Source: Longimicrobiales bacterium (GTDB taxonomy: Bacteria; Gemmatimonadota; Gemmatimonadetes; Longimicrobiales; Gaopeijiaceae). Taken from it: a stretch of 64,000 nucleotides of DNA. The DNA lies in contig OZ241892.1 in assembly GCA_965203485.1 (NCBI GenBank), positions 2,208,001-2,272,000 of the forward strand. Direction: 5' to 3'. This document shows positions 30,653-39,489 of the stretch, piece after piece. The position numbers were made by a program, and so were the translations under genes. The notes beneath the pieces were generated by a model. The model made no database searches. It was not told the origin of the DNA and was given only the letters and a program-made list of their open reading frames with translations. The stretch's first letter is position 1. Each line of letters starts with the position of its first letter.

Positions 30653-31680
30653 TCACGCCTCGTCAAGGTTGGCCGGGCCGGGCTGGGCTTCCCCGCGCGA
30701 GAGGCCGTATTCGGCCAGCGCCTCCCGCGTATGCTGGCCCAGCTCCGGGGCGGGGCGGCCGACCTCCGGGGGCGCGTCCGAGAGCTTGACGGGCATTCCG
30801 ATGGTCCTCGGTGCGCCGGCGTCGCCGTCCTGCGGGGACGAAGGAGTCGGCACCGCCACGATCATCCGGCGCGCCAGAGTCTGGGGGTGGCGCAGCATGT
30901 CGCCGATCGTCGCGACGGGGCCGGCGGGAACCGATGCCGACTCGAACCGGGCCAGCCATTCGGCGGCCGTGGCTTGGGCCAGCCGGGCGCTCATGGTCTC
31001 GCGGAGCGCGGGCAGATTGCTCATGCGGTCGGCGTTGGTGGCGAAACGGGGGTCGTGGGCGAGTTCCGGCATCTCGATCGCTTCGGCGCGCTGACCGCGC
31101 CCGGCGGAGCCCTGGGGATGGTCACGTCGTGGGCGAGTTCCGGCATCTCGATCGCTTCGGCGCGCTGACCGCGCCCGGCGGAGCCCTGGGGATGGTCACG
31201 TCGTGGGCGAGTTCCGGCATCTCGATCGCTTCGGCCAAGCGTTCCCAGTTCGCTTGGTTCCAGGCGCCGATGGTGATCCACTGGTCCTTCGTGGGGAAGG
31301 CTTCGTAGGGCGCGGCCAGCGGATGGGCCGACCCCAGCGCGCCGGGGGACTCGCCGGTAGCGAGCGTCACGGCGGACTGCCAGAGCGTCTGGAAGACGCC
31401 CGCCTCGTAGAGCGACGTGTCCAAGGACCACGCCGCGCTTGTTGCGGTTCAGCATGGCGAACGCAGGGCTGGCGCGCCCGGCGGGCTCGGAGGGCTCCGG
31501 CGGTTCGGCGGAGGACCGGGCGGAGGGCGGCATCAGCGCGCGCGCCGGATCGCCCGGCTCCGGCGGTTCGATCTTCACCACGTCGGCGCCCCAGTCGGCA
31601 AGCACCCGGCCGCACACGGGGCCCGCCATCACGTGCGCGAACTCGAGGACGCGTATCCCGGCAAGGGGTCGTGTGCTCAC
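30653..31680 (-). pseudogene. CaiB/BaiF CoA-transferase pseudogene
   Basis: Close paralog of 42964-44187 with ~375-bp internal deletion near 31423 and a repeat insertion at 31052-31235. Confidence 0.88.
31052..31235. repeat. Perfect 74-bp-period repeat (three 36-bp units, two 38-bp units)
   Basis: GTCGTGGGCGAGTTCCGGCATCTCGATCGCTTCGGC at 31052, 31126, 31200; identical 38-bp intervening units. Confidence 0.95.
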
Positions 31681-31902
31681 TCGCGGCTCCGGTTCTCCTT
31701 CACTCAATTGGCGGATGGCCGGCCTCGGCGAGAAGCGGCCAGCGACTCTCCGCAAGCGTACCGCGGCGCCCGGGGCGAGTCAACGACGTCCGTGGCCCCG
31801 GCGGAGCCGCTCCGGCCCTGCGTGCCCGCCCGTTTCGCGTGCGGCGGCGAGGGAAATGGCGCCGCGCCGCGCGTGCCCTCCGCAACCGGCCCCGTGGGCC
31901 TG

Positions 31903-31928
31903 GGAACCTTTCGGGGGCCTGCGGTGTA
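31903..31928 (+). promoter_or_regulatory. ECF-type promoter
   Basis: GGAAC-N17-TGTA; equivalent motif upstream of the paralog. Confidence 0.45.
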
Positions 31929-32045
31929 TCACAGTACGGCGGGCGGCGGCGCGGAGCCGCTGTCCGCGCAAGAGTCCGGGACGGGAGCCGGCGCACGCGG
32001 CGCCGGACAGCGCCTCCCGGCGAGCCTCATCGAGGAGAGAGACGG

Positions 32046-32561
32046 ATGAAGTGCACGACAGGCGGTACTGGACGGGTCGGCGCCTGGATCGCGGCGGCGG
32101 CGGTGGCGGTCGCCGCGCCGCTGGGCGCGCAGGAAGGCGGGTCCGCGCGGATCGCCGACATCGAGAAGATCGAGGCGGCGGCCGCCAAGCAGCTGGCGAG
32201 CGACGGCGACTGGAGCCGCGCCGCGGCGCTGTTCCGCGAGGCGGCCGGGTTGCGGCCTGCGGGCGACGCGACGGCGGTGGCGGACCTGCTGCGGGCGGGG
32301 CGGATCGCGTTCTACGAGGGCCGCGAGCGGCAGGCGGTGCGCGACTTCGAGGCGGCGGGCGAGCGGGCGCTCGAGCGCGGCGACGTGATCGGGGCGGCCG
32401 ACGCGTTCACCGACGCGGCATGGGTGGCGCGGGCCGACGGCCGGCGCGCCGAGGCGAACGCGTTGCTGGCGAGGGCGCAGCTGCTCGCGAACTCGCCGTT
32501 GCTCGAGCGCGGCGCGCGCGACCGGTTGCGGGCGAGATGGGGGGTGGCCGGCGCGCTGTAG
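32046..32561 (+). CDS. Secreted small helical (TPR-like) protein, paralog 1
   Basis: GAGGAG RBS; signal peptide ending PLGAQ; Ala-rich helices. Confidence 0.75.
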   Translation: MKCTTGGTGRVGAWIAAAAVAVAAPLGAQEGGSARIADIEKIEAAAAKQLASDGDWSRAAALFREAAGLRPAGDATAVADLLRAGRIAFYEGRERQAVRDFEAAGERALERGDVIGAADAFTDAAWVARADGRRAEANALLARAQLLANSPLLERGARDRLRARWGVAGAL

Positions 32562-32588
32562 GGCCGGGAGCGCCGCGGGCGGGCGTGC

Positions 32589-32614
32589 GAAACTCTTGCG
32601 GCGCTTGCGGCGTA
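32589..32614 (+). promoter_or_regulatory. ECF-type promoter
   Basis: GAAAC-N17-CGTA. Confidence 0.45.
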
Positions 32615-32741
32615 GTTCTTCGGCAGGCGGAGCGGCCCGGCTCCTCGAGGGGCCGGGCGGCCCGCCGGCTTCCGGGCAGGCGAGCCGACCAACAAGGCGC
32701 TCGGGAGACACTGATCATGCATTCCGAGGAGAAGCACACCG

Positions 32742-33245
32742 ATGAAGAGCACCACTGGATGGATTCGCGCCGGGCTGGCCGTGCTGGCGCTGACGGTCGC
32801 GGCGCCGCTGGCGGCGCAGAACGGCGGGACGCCGGCGGGCGAGATCGAGAAGATCGAGGCGAAGGCGGCGAAGGAGCTGGACGAGGGGGGCAACTGGGGC
32901 CGGGCGGCGTCGTTGTTCCGGCGGGCGGCCGAGTTGCGGCCTGCGGGCGACGCGACGGCGGTGTCGGACTTGCTGCGGGCCGGGCGGCTCGCGTTCTACG
33001 AGGGGCACGAGCGGCAGGCGGTGCGCGACTTCGAGGCGGCGGGCGAGCGGGCGCTCGAGCGCGGCGACGTGATCGCGGCGGCCAACGCGTTCGCCGACGC
33101 GGCGTGGGTGGCCGAGGCGGACGGGGACGGCGCGAAGGCCGGCGAGCTGCTGGCGCGCGCGCGGCTCTTGGCGAACTCGCCGTTGCTGGGCGAGGGCGCC
33201 CGCAACCAGCTGAGGACGAGGTGGGAGGTGGCCGGCATCCAGTAG
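32742..33245 (+). CDS. Secreted small helical (TPR-like) protein, paralog 2
   Basis: GAGGAG RBS; signal peptide ending PLAAQ; near-identical core to paralog 1. Confidence 0.78.
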   Translation: MKSTTGWIRAGLAVLALTVAAPLAAQNGGTPAGEIEKIEAKAAKELDEGGNWGRAASLFRRAAELRPAGDATAVSDLLRAGRLAFYEGHERQAVRDFEAAGERALERGDVIAAANAFADAAWVAEADGDGAKAGELLARARLLANSPLLGEGARNQLRTRWEVAGIQ

Positions 33246-33307
33246 GAGGCCGGGGGGAGGGGCCGCCGGGCCGCGGCCCTCGGGCCCGGCCCGGCGGATT
33301 CCCGTTC

Positions 33308-33349
33308 GGCGGGGCGTCTCCCCAGCGGAGGCGCCCCGCCTTCTTCTTT
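33308..33349 (+). terminator. Intrinsic terminator
   Basis: Stem GGCGGGGCGTCTCC/GGAGGCGCCCCGCC followed by TTCTTCTTT. Confidence 0.7.
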
Positions 33350-33356
33350 GTCGGGC

Positions 33357-34220
33357 CTACTCGCCCGTGAACCGAGGGGACCGCTTCTCCAGAAAGGCCG
33401 CCACGCCCTCGCGGTAGTCGCTGGTGCGGCAGGACTCGTAGGGTTCGCGGCGCTCGTCCGCGGCCAGCGGAGCCGGGTCGGCCAACCTGCGCACGAACTT
33501 CTTGTGCCAGCGGTTCACCTGCGGCGCGCCCGCCATGATCGATTCGGCCACAGTGCGCGCGGCCACCGCGACCTCGGCATCGGGCACGACGCGATGCACA
33601 ACCCCGATCTCGCGCGCGCGGCCGGCGTTCGCCAGGTCGCCGGCCAGCAGGATCTCCAGCAACGTGCCCGAGCCGACGGCGGCCAGCACGGGAGCCATCT
33701 CCTCGTAGGCCATCGCCAGGCCCAAGCGGTTGACGGGAGCCCCGAAGCGGCTCGAGTGCCCGCACACCCGCACGTCGCAGCAGCAGGCGACGATCAAGCC
33801 GCCGCCTGCGCACACGCCCTCGACCGCGGCCACGGTGGGATGAGGGCAACTCCAGACTCCGTCGATGCCGGAGCGAACCGCCTCCGCGTACCGGGCGACG
33901 TCGTCGGCCTCCATGCGGTGCGCCGCGAAGCTACCGATGTCCGACCCCGCCGAGAACGCTCGCCCGCCCGCTCCCCGCACCAGCACGCACTGCACTGAAT
34001 CGTCCGCCGCCAGCTTGCGGAAGACCTCGCCCAGCCGTTCCCAGCCACGCCGGTCCAGCACGTTCATCTTCTCAGCGTGGTCGAGCGTGACCGTGGCCAG
34101 CGCGCCGTCTCGCTCCATGTGCACGCGGTCCCTGGAGGCCGACGGCACGGCGCCACCGCCCGGCGAGGGCTCCGCAACACGGCTCGGACGCTCCCGGCCG
34201 GGCCCCGGCGCGGCCCTCAT
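33357..34220 (-). CDS. Enoyl-CoA hydratase/isomerase
   Basis: AFSAGSDI, AAVEGVCAGGG, DYREGVAAFLEKRSPRF; ATGA overlap with dctM. Confidence 0.92.
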   Translation of the reverse strand: MRAAPGPGRERPSRVAEPSPGGGAVPSASRDRVHMERDGALATVTLDHAEKMNVLDRRGWERLGEVFRKLAADDSVQCVLVRGAGGRAFSAGSDIGSFAAHRMEADDVARYAEAVRSGIDGVWSCPHPTVAAVEGVCAGGGLIVACCCDVRVCGHSSRFGAPVNRLGLAMAYEEMAPVLAAVGSGTLLEILLAGDLANAGRAREIGVVHRVVPDAEVAVAARTVAESIMAGAPQVNRWHKKFVRRLADPAPLAADERREPYESCRTSDYREGVAAFLEKRSPRFTGE

Positions 34221-35497
34221 CGGTAGAAAGCCTCCACCAGCGTGAGCGAGAACGCCGGCACGTAGGTCACCAAGGCGAGAATGGCCAGCAACACGCCGAT
34301 GAACCAGAGGTTGGTGCGCGTGGTGCTCCAAATTCCGGTCTTGGCGACCGAGCATGCGGTAACGAGCACCGAGGCGACGGGAGGCGTCTGCTGCCCCACG
34401 CCGAGGTTGAGCGCGACGATCATTCCGAAGTGGACGGCGTCGATGCCGGCCGCCTCCACCAGCGGCATCGCAATGGGAACGACCAGGATGATCGCCGCCG
34501 CGGAGTGCAGGAAGAGGCCGAGGAGAAGCAGGAACCCGTTGAGCATGGCCAGAATCGCCAACCGCGACTCGGTGACTCCCATGATCGTCTCGACGATGCG
34601 CTGGGGCGCCCGCACCTCGGTCAGGTAGTCGCCCAAAAGCGCCGACGAGGCAACGAGAAGCATCACTACGGCCGTCTGCGATCCGGACTCGACCACCGCG
34701 CGCGCCAGCTTCTCGCGCGTCAGGCCCCGGTAGGCGACGCCTCCGACCAACAACGCGGCCACGACGGCCAAGGCGGCGCCTTCGGTCGCCGTCACCCAGC
34801 CGCTGAAGATGCCGCCCAAGATGATCACGGGCAGGACGAGCGACCAGCCGGCCTCCTTGAACGTGGCCCGGACGCGGTGCAACCGAAACGCCTGGTCGGC
34901 TTCCAGCTTCGCCCGCCGGGCCCACAGATAGGCCACGAACATCATGAGAAGCCCGCCCAAGGCCCCCGGCACGATGCCTGCCACGAACAGCTCGACGACC
35001 GACGCGCCCGACATGACGCCGTAGAGGATCAACGGAATCGAAGGCGGGATGATCACCGCCAGCGTCGCCGAAGACGAGGTCACCGCGGCCGCAAAGTCCG
35101 GCGAGTAGCCCTTCTTCTTCATTGCGGGGATCAGGATCGACCCCAAGGCCGCCACGTCCGCGACCGCGCTCCCCGATATCTCGGCGAAGAACATGGAAGC
35201 GGCGATGCTCACGGTCGCCAGTCCGCCCCGGATGAAGCCGAAGACCGCGGACGCGAAGGCCACGAGGCGCGTCGAAATGCCGGACGCGTTCATGATCGCA
35301 CCCGCCAGGATGAAGAGCGGAATGGCGATCAGAGGGAATTTGGTGGCGCCTGAAAACATGACCAGCGCGACGTTGGGGAGCGCACCGAACCCCGACGACG
35401 CCACGATGGCCGTCGCGGCCATCAGGCCCAGCGCGACGGCGATGGGCACGTTGGCCAGAACGAGCAACAGAAGGAGGACGACGAGCCCGGCGGTCAT
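34217..35497 (-). CDS. dctM: TRAP transporter large permease
   Basis: IAIPLFILAG, ISGSAVAD, IIPPSIP, TPPV. Confidence 0.93.
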   Translation of the reverse strand: MTAGLVVLLLLLVLANVPIAVALGLMAATAIVASSGFGALPNVALVMFSGATKFPLIAIPLFILAGAIMNASGISTRLVAFASAVFGFIRGGLATVSIAASMFFAEISGSAVADVAALGSILIPAMKKKGYSPDFAAAVTSSSATLAVIIPPSIPLILYGVMSGASVVELFVAGIVPGALGGLLMMFVAYLWARRAKLEADQAFRLHRVRATFKEAGWSLVLPVIILGGIFSGWVTATEGAALAVVAALLVGGVAYRGLTREKLARAVVESGSQTAVVMLLVASSALLGDYLTEVRAPQRIVETIMGVTESRLAILAMLNGFLLLLGLFLHSAAAIILVVPIAMPLVEAAGIDAVHFGMIVALNLGVGQQTPPVASVLVTACSVAKTGIWSTTRTNLWFIGVLLAILALVTYVPAFSLTLVEAFYR

Positions 35498-35525
35498 CGG
35501 GCTGCGAGTGCGCCGCTGGCGAGGG

Positions 35526-36167
35526 TCATCCGGAGACGCGTTGCCCGGGGCGGCCGGAATCGTCCGTCGCCGGGGCCACCGCCCCTTCGGTCGCCGACGA
35601 AGCGCCGGACAACACTCCGGGGAGGCTCGCGAGCTGGGCGGCGACGAAAAGCGCCGCGCCGATCGGTATGACGGACTGGGCAAGCGCGGCAGGCACGGCC
35701 GGCATGCTGACGAGCATGGTGCCGGCCAGCGCGTGCTGGACTTGCCATCCCGCCCAGGCCAGGAGGGCGAAGAAGCCGACGACCGCGACTTCGCCCCCGA
35801 TCACGACCGTCGCGCGCGCCCGCCCCCGCAAGCTGTCGACCAGCGTCGGCACGCCAATGTGGCCTCGCCGCAACGCCACCAGCGCGGCGCCGTAGTAGGT
35901 GAGCCACGCCAACAGGATCGACGCCGCCTCGTCGTACCAGACGAACGCCCGGCCCGCCTTCCGCGACGCAACGCCCAACAGCACGACCAGGACCAGCGCC
36001 GAAACCAGCGCCGCCACGACTCCGGCGAGCACCCTCTCGAACCAGCGCCGCCAGCCCAGGCGCGGTCCGGCAACCCGCCCGGCAGGGGCCCCCATATCGG
36101 GATCGGCAAGGCGGGCGACATGGCGATCAGCGGGCGGTGCGGCGGCCCGCCCGGTGGGGGCCACCAC
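35526..36167 (-). CDS. dctQ: TRAP transporter small permease
   Basis: WYDEAA, GHIGV, about four hydrophobic segments; start may be 36095. Confidence 0.85.
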   Translation of the reverse strand: MVAPTGRAAAPPADRHVARLADPDMGAPAGRVAGPRLGWRRWFERVLAGVVAALVSALVLVVLLGVASRKAGRAFVWYDEAASILLAWLTYYGAALVALRRGHIGVPTLVDSLRGRARATVVIGGEVAVVGFFALLAWAGWQVQHALAGTMLVSMPAVPAALAQSVIPIGAALFVAAQLASLPGVLSGASSATEGAVAPATDDSGRPGQRVSG

Positions 36168-36173
36168 GCCCCC

Positions 36174-37205
36174 CTAGCGGTAGGCCAGCGGCAAAGCCAG
36201 CGCGACGAGCTCGCCGCCGTCCGGCACCGTCGCCCCGAACTCGTCGTAGATCGTTTGGCTGCTCTCCAGGAACCGAGAGCGGTCCACGGTGTTGACCTGC
36301 ACGCCCGCCGCGGCAATCTGGTCGACCAGCTCCGCATCGAGCTGCGCCGCCCGCTCGTGCACGAACGCCTGTACTTCCCTTGCTTCTTCCTCCAGCACGA
36401 TCCGCACGGCGGCAGGCAACCTGGACCACGCTTCGGCGGAGGCCGTCAGGTACGCGGGCGTGTAGACATGGCCCGTGAGCGAAAGGTATTCCTGCGCTTC
36501 GTAGAGCCGCGATGCGTGGATCTGCGAGAGCGGGTTCTCCTGGCCGTCCACCACGCCCGTCTTGAGCGCTATGAACACCTCGGACAAGGCCATCGGCGTC
36601 GGATTGGCGCCGAACTGCTGAAAGAGCTTGATGCGCCAAGTGCCGCGAGGGGTACGCAATTTGACGCCTGCGAGATCCTCCGGTCCGTGCACCGGGCGGA
36701 CGTTGTTCGTGACGTGGCGGAAGCCGTTTTCCCAGACGGCCAGGATGCGGTACCCCTCCTCCTCGGCCAGGGGCGCGAGCCGGGACCAGAAGATATCCTC
36801 CTCGATGCGCCTCATGTGCTCGCGGCTGCGCACGAGATACGGCATCTCGAAGAGGCCGAAGGCGTCGATGCGGGACGACATGATCGACGACGGTAGCGCC
36901 AAGTCCACCGTCCCCAGCTTCAGCTTTTGCAACAATATGTCGTCGCCGCCCAACTGGCTGGATCCGTAGACTACGACCTCACCCAGGCCCCCGACCGCCA
37001 AGCGCGCGTTGGCGCGGGTCGCGAATTCCTCGGCCGAAAGGGCAAAAAGGGAACCCGGCGCACCGACATGGCCCAACTTGATCTCGACCGGGCCCGCGGG
37101 AGCGCTCTCGCCGCAACCGACTAGCACCCACCCCCAAAGAAGGGAGCCCGCCGCACGCAACTTTCGCGTGGCCGCCCATCCCCCGCGCGCCTTGCCCAGT
37201 CTCAT
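36174..37205 (-). CDS. dctP: TRAP transporter substrate-binding protein
   Basis: WENGFRH, DLAGVKLRT, GVVDGQENP. Confidence 0.92.
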   Translation of the reverse strand: MRLGKARGGWAATRKLRAAGSLLWGWVLVGCGESAPAGPVEIKLGHVGAPGSLFALSAEEFATRANARLAVGGLGEVVVYGSSQLGGDDILLQKLKLGTVDLALPSSIMSSRIDAFGLFEMPYLVRSREHMRRIEEDIFWSRLAPLAEEEGYRILAVWENGFRHVTNNVRPVHGPEDLAGVKLRTPRGTWRIKLFQQFGANPTPMALSEVFIALKTGVVDGQENPLSQIHASRLYEAQEYLSLTGHVYTPAYLTASAEAWSRLPAAVRIVLEEEAREVQAFVHERAAQLDAELVDQIAAAGVQVNTVDRSRFLESSQTIYDEFGATVPDGGELVALALPLAYR

Positions 37206-37302
37206 GCTCGCGCGGGATGGACAGGGAAGGAGGCCCCTCGGACCATTGCCGTCCGAGGGACCCCTTCCGTTGCCCTGCCCCTCAATCCCGTTACGAGACC
37301 CT

Positions 37303-37806
37303 TCACCGGATGCCGGTGCGTACCTCCAACTCGAGATCCGACAATACCGGCCGATATTGCTCGCGCACTTGGTCCGGCAATGGTCCCCGGTGCCAGTCCG
37401 CATTCGCCACCGACGTCACCTCGTTCTCGACTTGCCACCAAACGCGGTATATGCCGTCGCCACCCGATTGCAGGTCCAGCAGGCTCCCGTTGATCACGAT
37501 GCGGGAGCGCGCACCCGTCACGCCAGCCCCCTCTTCGGTGGCCATCACTTGGCGAGCCTTCCACACGGACTCAAAGCGGATCTCGCGGTCTCCCATCTCG
37601 GCCTGTTCGCGTCGCATCTCTATCGAATGCTTTCGAAACACCTTGTCCACGGCCCCCCTCAAAGTCGGGCGCGTGACGCGACCTAGGTCCGTTCGCCAAT
37701 AGGAGTCAGAGACTGCCGCGCCGCCGCCGGACGCACACCCCGTTGACAGGAGCCCCAGGAGCGACATGGCAGATACCGCGGTCCGGGGCCAAGAACGCAT
37801 GGCCAT
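37303..37806 (-). CDS. Hypothetical lipoprotein
   Basis: Lipobox LSTGC; immediately follows the susD stop. Confidence 0.65.
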   Translation of the reverse strand: MAMRSWPRTAVSAMSLLGLLSTGCASGGGAAVSDSYWRTDLGRVTRPTLRGAVDKVFRKHSIEMRREQAEMGDREIRFESVWKARQVMATEEGAGVTGARSRIVINGSLLDLQSGGDGIYRVWWQVENEVTSVANADWHRGPLPDQVREQYRPVLSDLELEVRTGIR

Positions 37807-37808
37807 TC

Positions 37809-39476
37809 TTACCAACGCCGTACGCCGACGTGATCGTCGGGCCGCTCCATCGTGCGTTCTCTGATCGCCTCCATTGCGGCACGCTTCGCCTTTATGGCTG
37901 CGGGACTCACGTCGCCCAGGAAGTGCCGGTCCACGATGGACGGCGCCGAGCCTGCATTGTCGCCACCGAAAGTGTACATGTCGATCAGCAGGATCTCCAA
38001 CTCGCTTCCCGGAATGGGAAGCTGCTCCCAGGTTCTCGGAACCAAGTCGCCCCAACCACGATCGTCGAAATACTCCGTCCCGAAACCGTAGTGGAACAAC
38101 TCGATGCGCTTCTCGTACTTCAGCGCCTCCCACAGATCCCCGCAGGATCCGTCCGGCATTTGCGGCACGCATCGTGTTCCGCCCGGCGCGGGTCCGTTCG
38201 GATCGGTGAACGGCGGCAACCCACCTTTCTCCGTTCTGTACTTGTTCACCGTCGCCATTGCCGCCCCTCTGTCGCCAAGCCGGTAGCTAGCCTCGGCCGC
38301 TAGGAAGTCGAGTTCCTTTTGCGTCAGATCCGGATACTTGCCGATAAAGCTGACCGGCACGCGCAGGTGGTCCCAGCGAAAGTCGATGTAGTTTGAATAG
38401 TGATAGATGCCGCGATCCGCCGGGAACGGACTATTGCCCATATAGAGGATGTAGTGACCGGTGGTGTCGGTCACTCCTGCCACGCGTTGGTCGTCCGTGT
38501 CGATGTCGAACGGCGTCTTCTCATTCGGCGACGCGTTGATCCAACGCTCCCATTCGCCGGAGGCGTCGGACGGGCCAATCGTCCTGTAGTCGATCCTCGC
38601 CCACCCACGCCACGTAGCGGTGTGCAATTTGGACCGATGCCAAGCCCAATTGCCGCCGGCCGTGTAGTTTCCGCCGTAGGTCGCCGATATGCCGGCGTTG
38701 GCGTCCCGAAGCACCGCTGACCAGTCCACGAGCTCGCGCTCGCTGGGCATCCTCGCCACCTGCGTGCGGTATCGGGCCCGGTACGCCCGAGCGATCTCTT
38801 CCATGCGCGCCCCGCTCCACTCGCCGTCGTATCCGACCCATTCCGACGGAATCGTGAAGCCCCCGCCCGCTGCCATCTGAATGGCCTCGCCAAACTTGGC
38901 GTCGGCCACGTCCCAGACAGCATTGTAGTCGATCAACTCCGCGTTGGCCACGTCATCGACGGTCTCGTCGATAATGAAGCCCCGGTCGAAGACCACTGCC
39001 ACGTTCGCCAGCGACAACGCCTGGATGAGCTTACCGAACGCCAAAGCTCTGTCGGTATTGTCGGGGCCGCCTTCGTCCTGAATCCGCGTGCCGTTCTCGA
39101 TAGCGAGAAACCCGTCCCGCACAGCCACTAAACTGCGGTACGAGAACGTCCACGGCGATTCCGCCATATTGTTGTTGCCGTACGAGGGTGAATTGTTGTA
39201 CGCTTGGCGAGGTTCCTGTCCAGAGTCCCGCATGCCCCAATTGCCCCAGGACGACGAATGCGCGTCGGCGGCGACGCTCAACGCGCTCGCCGGAAAACTG
39301 TGGTGCGACGTTCCCCACCAGCTCTGGAAGCCGCCTGCAATCAATGCCTCGACGTCACCAGGACTCGCCAACGCCCGGCCTCGATCCGGATCGTTCTGAT
39401 TGACGACCTCGAGATCGGCGCACGCACCGACCAGCAATGAGGACAGCACCAGTGCTACTGCTTTTCTTCTCTTCAT
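37809..39476 (-). CDS. SusD/RagB-like lipoprotein
   Basis: Lipobox VGAC-DL, AAEASYR, ALKYEKRIEL, LPIP; downstream of susC. Confidence 0.85.
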   Translation of the reverse strand: MKRRKAVALVLSSLLVGACADLEVVNQNDPDRGRALASPGDVEALIAGGFQSWWGTSHHSFPASALSVAADAHSSSWGNWGMRDSGQEPRQAYNNSPSYGNNNMAESPWTFSYRSLVAVRDGFLAIENGTRIQDEGGPDNTDRALAFGKLIQALSLANVAVVFDRGFIIDETVDDVANAELIDYNAVWDVADAKFGEAIQMAAGGGFTIPSEWVGYDGEWSGARMEEIARAYRARYRTQVARMPSERELVDWSAVLRDANAGISATYGGNYTAGGNWAWHRSKLHTATWRGWARIDYRTIGPSDASGEWERWINASPNEKTPFDIDTDDQRVAGVTDTTGHYILYMGNSPFPADRGIYHYSNYIDFRWDHLRVPVSFIGKYPDLTQKELDFLAAEASYRLGDRGAAMATVNKYRTEKGGLPPFTDPNGPAPGGTRCVPQMPDGSCGDLWEALKYEKRIELFHYGFGTEYFDDRGWGDLVPRTWEQLPIPGSELEILLIDMYTFGGDNAGSAPSIVDRHFLGDVSPAAIKAKRAAMEAIRERTMERPDDHVGVRRW

Positions 39477-39489
39477 TTCGTCGCGCCCC

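Noticed and set aside
31052..31235. True CRISPR array
   Set aside because: Spacers are identical, the repeat is CoA-transferase coding sequence, and there is no leader or cas gene in the window.
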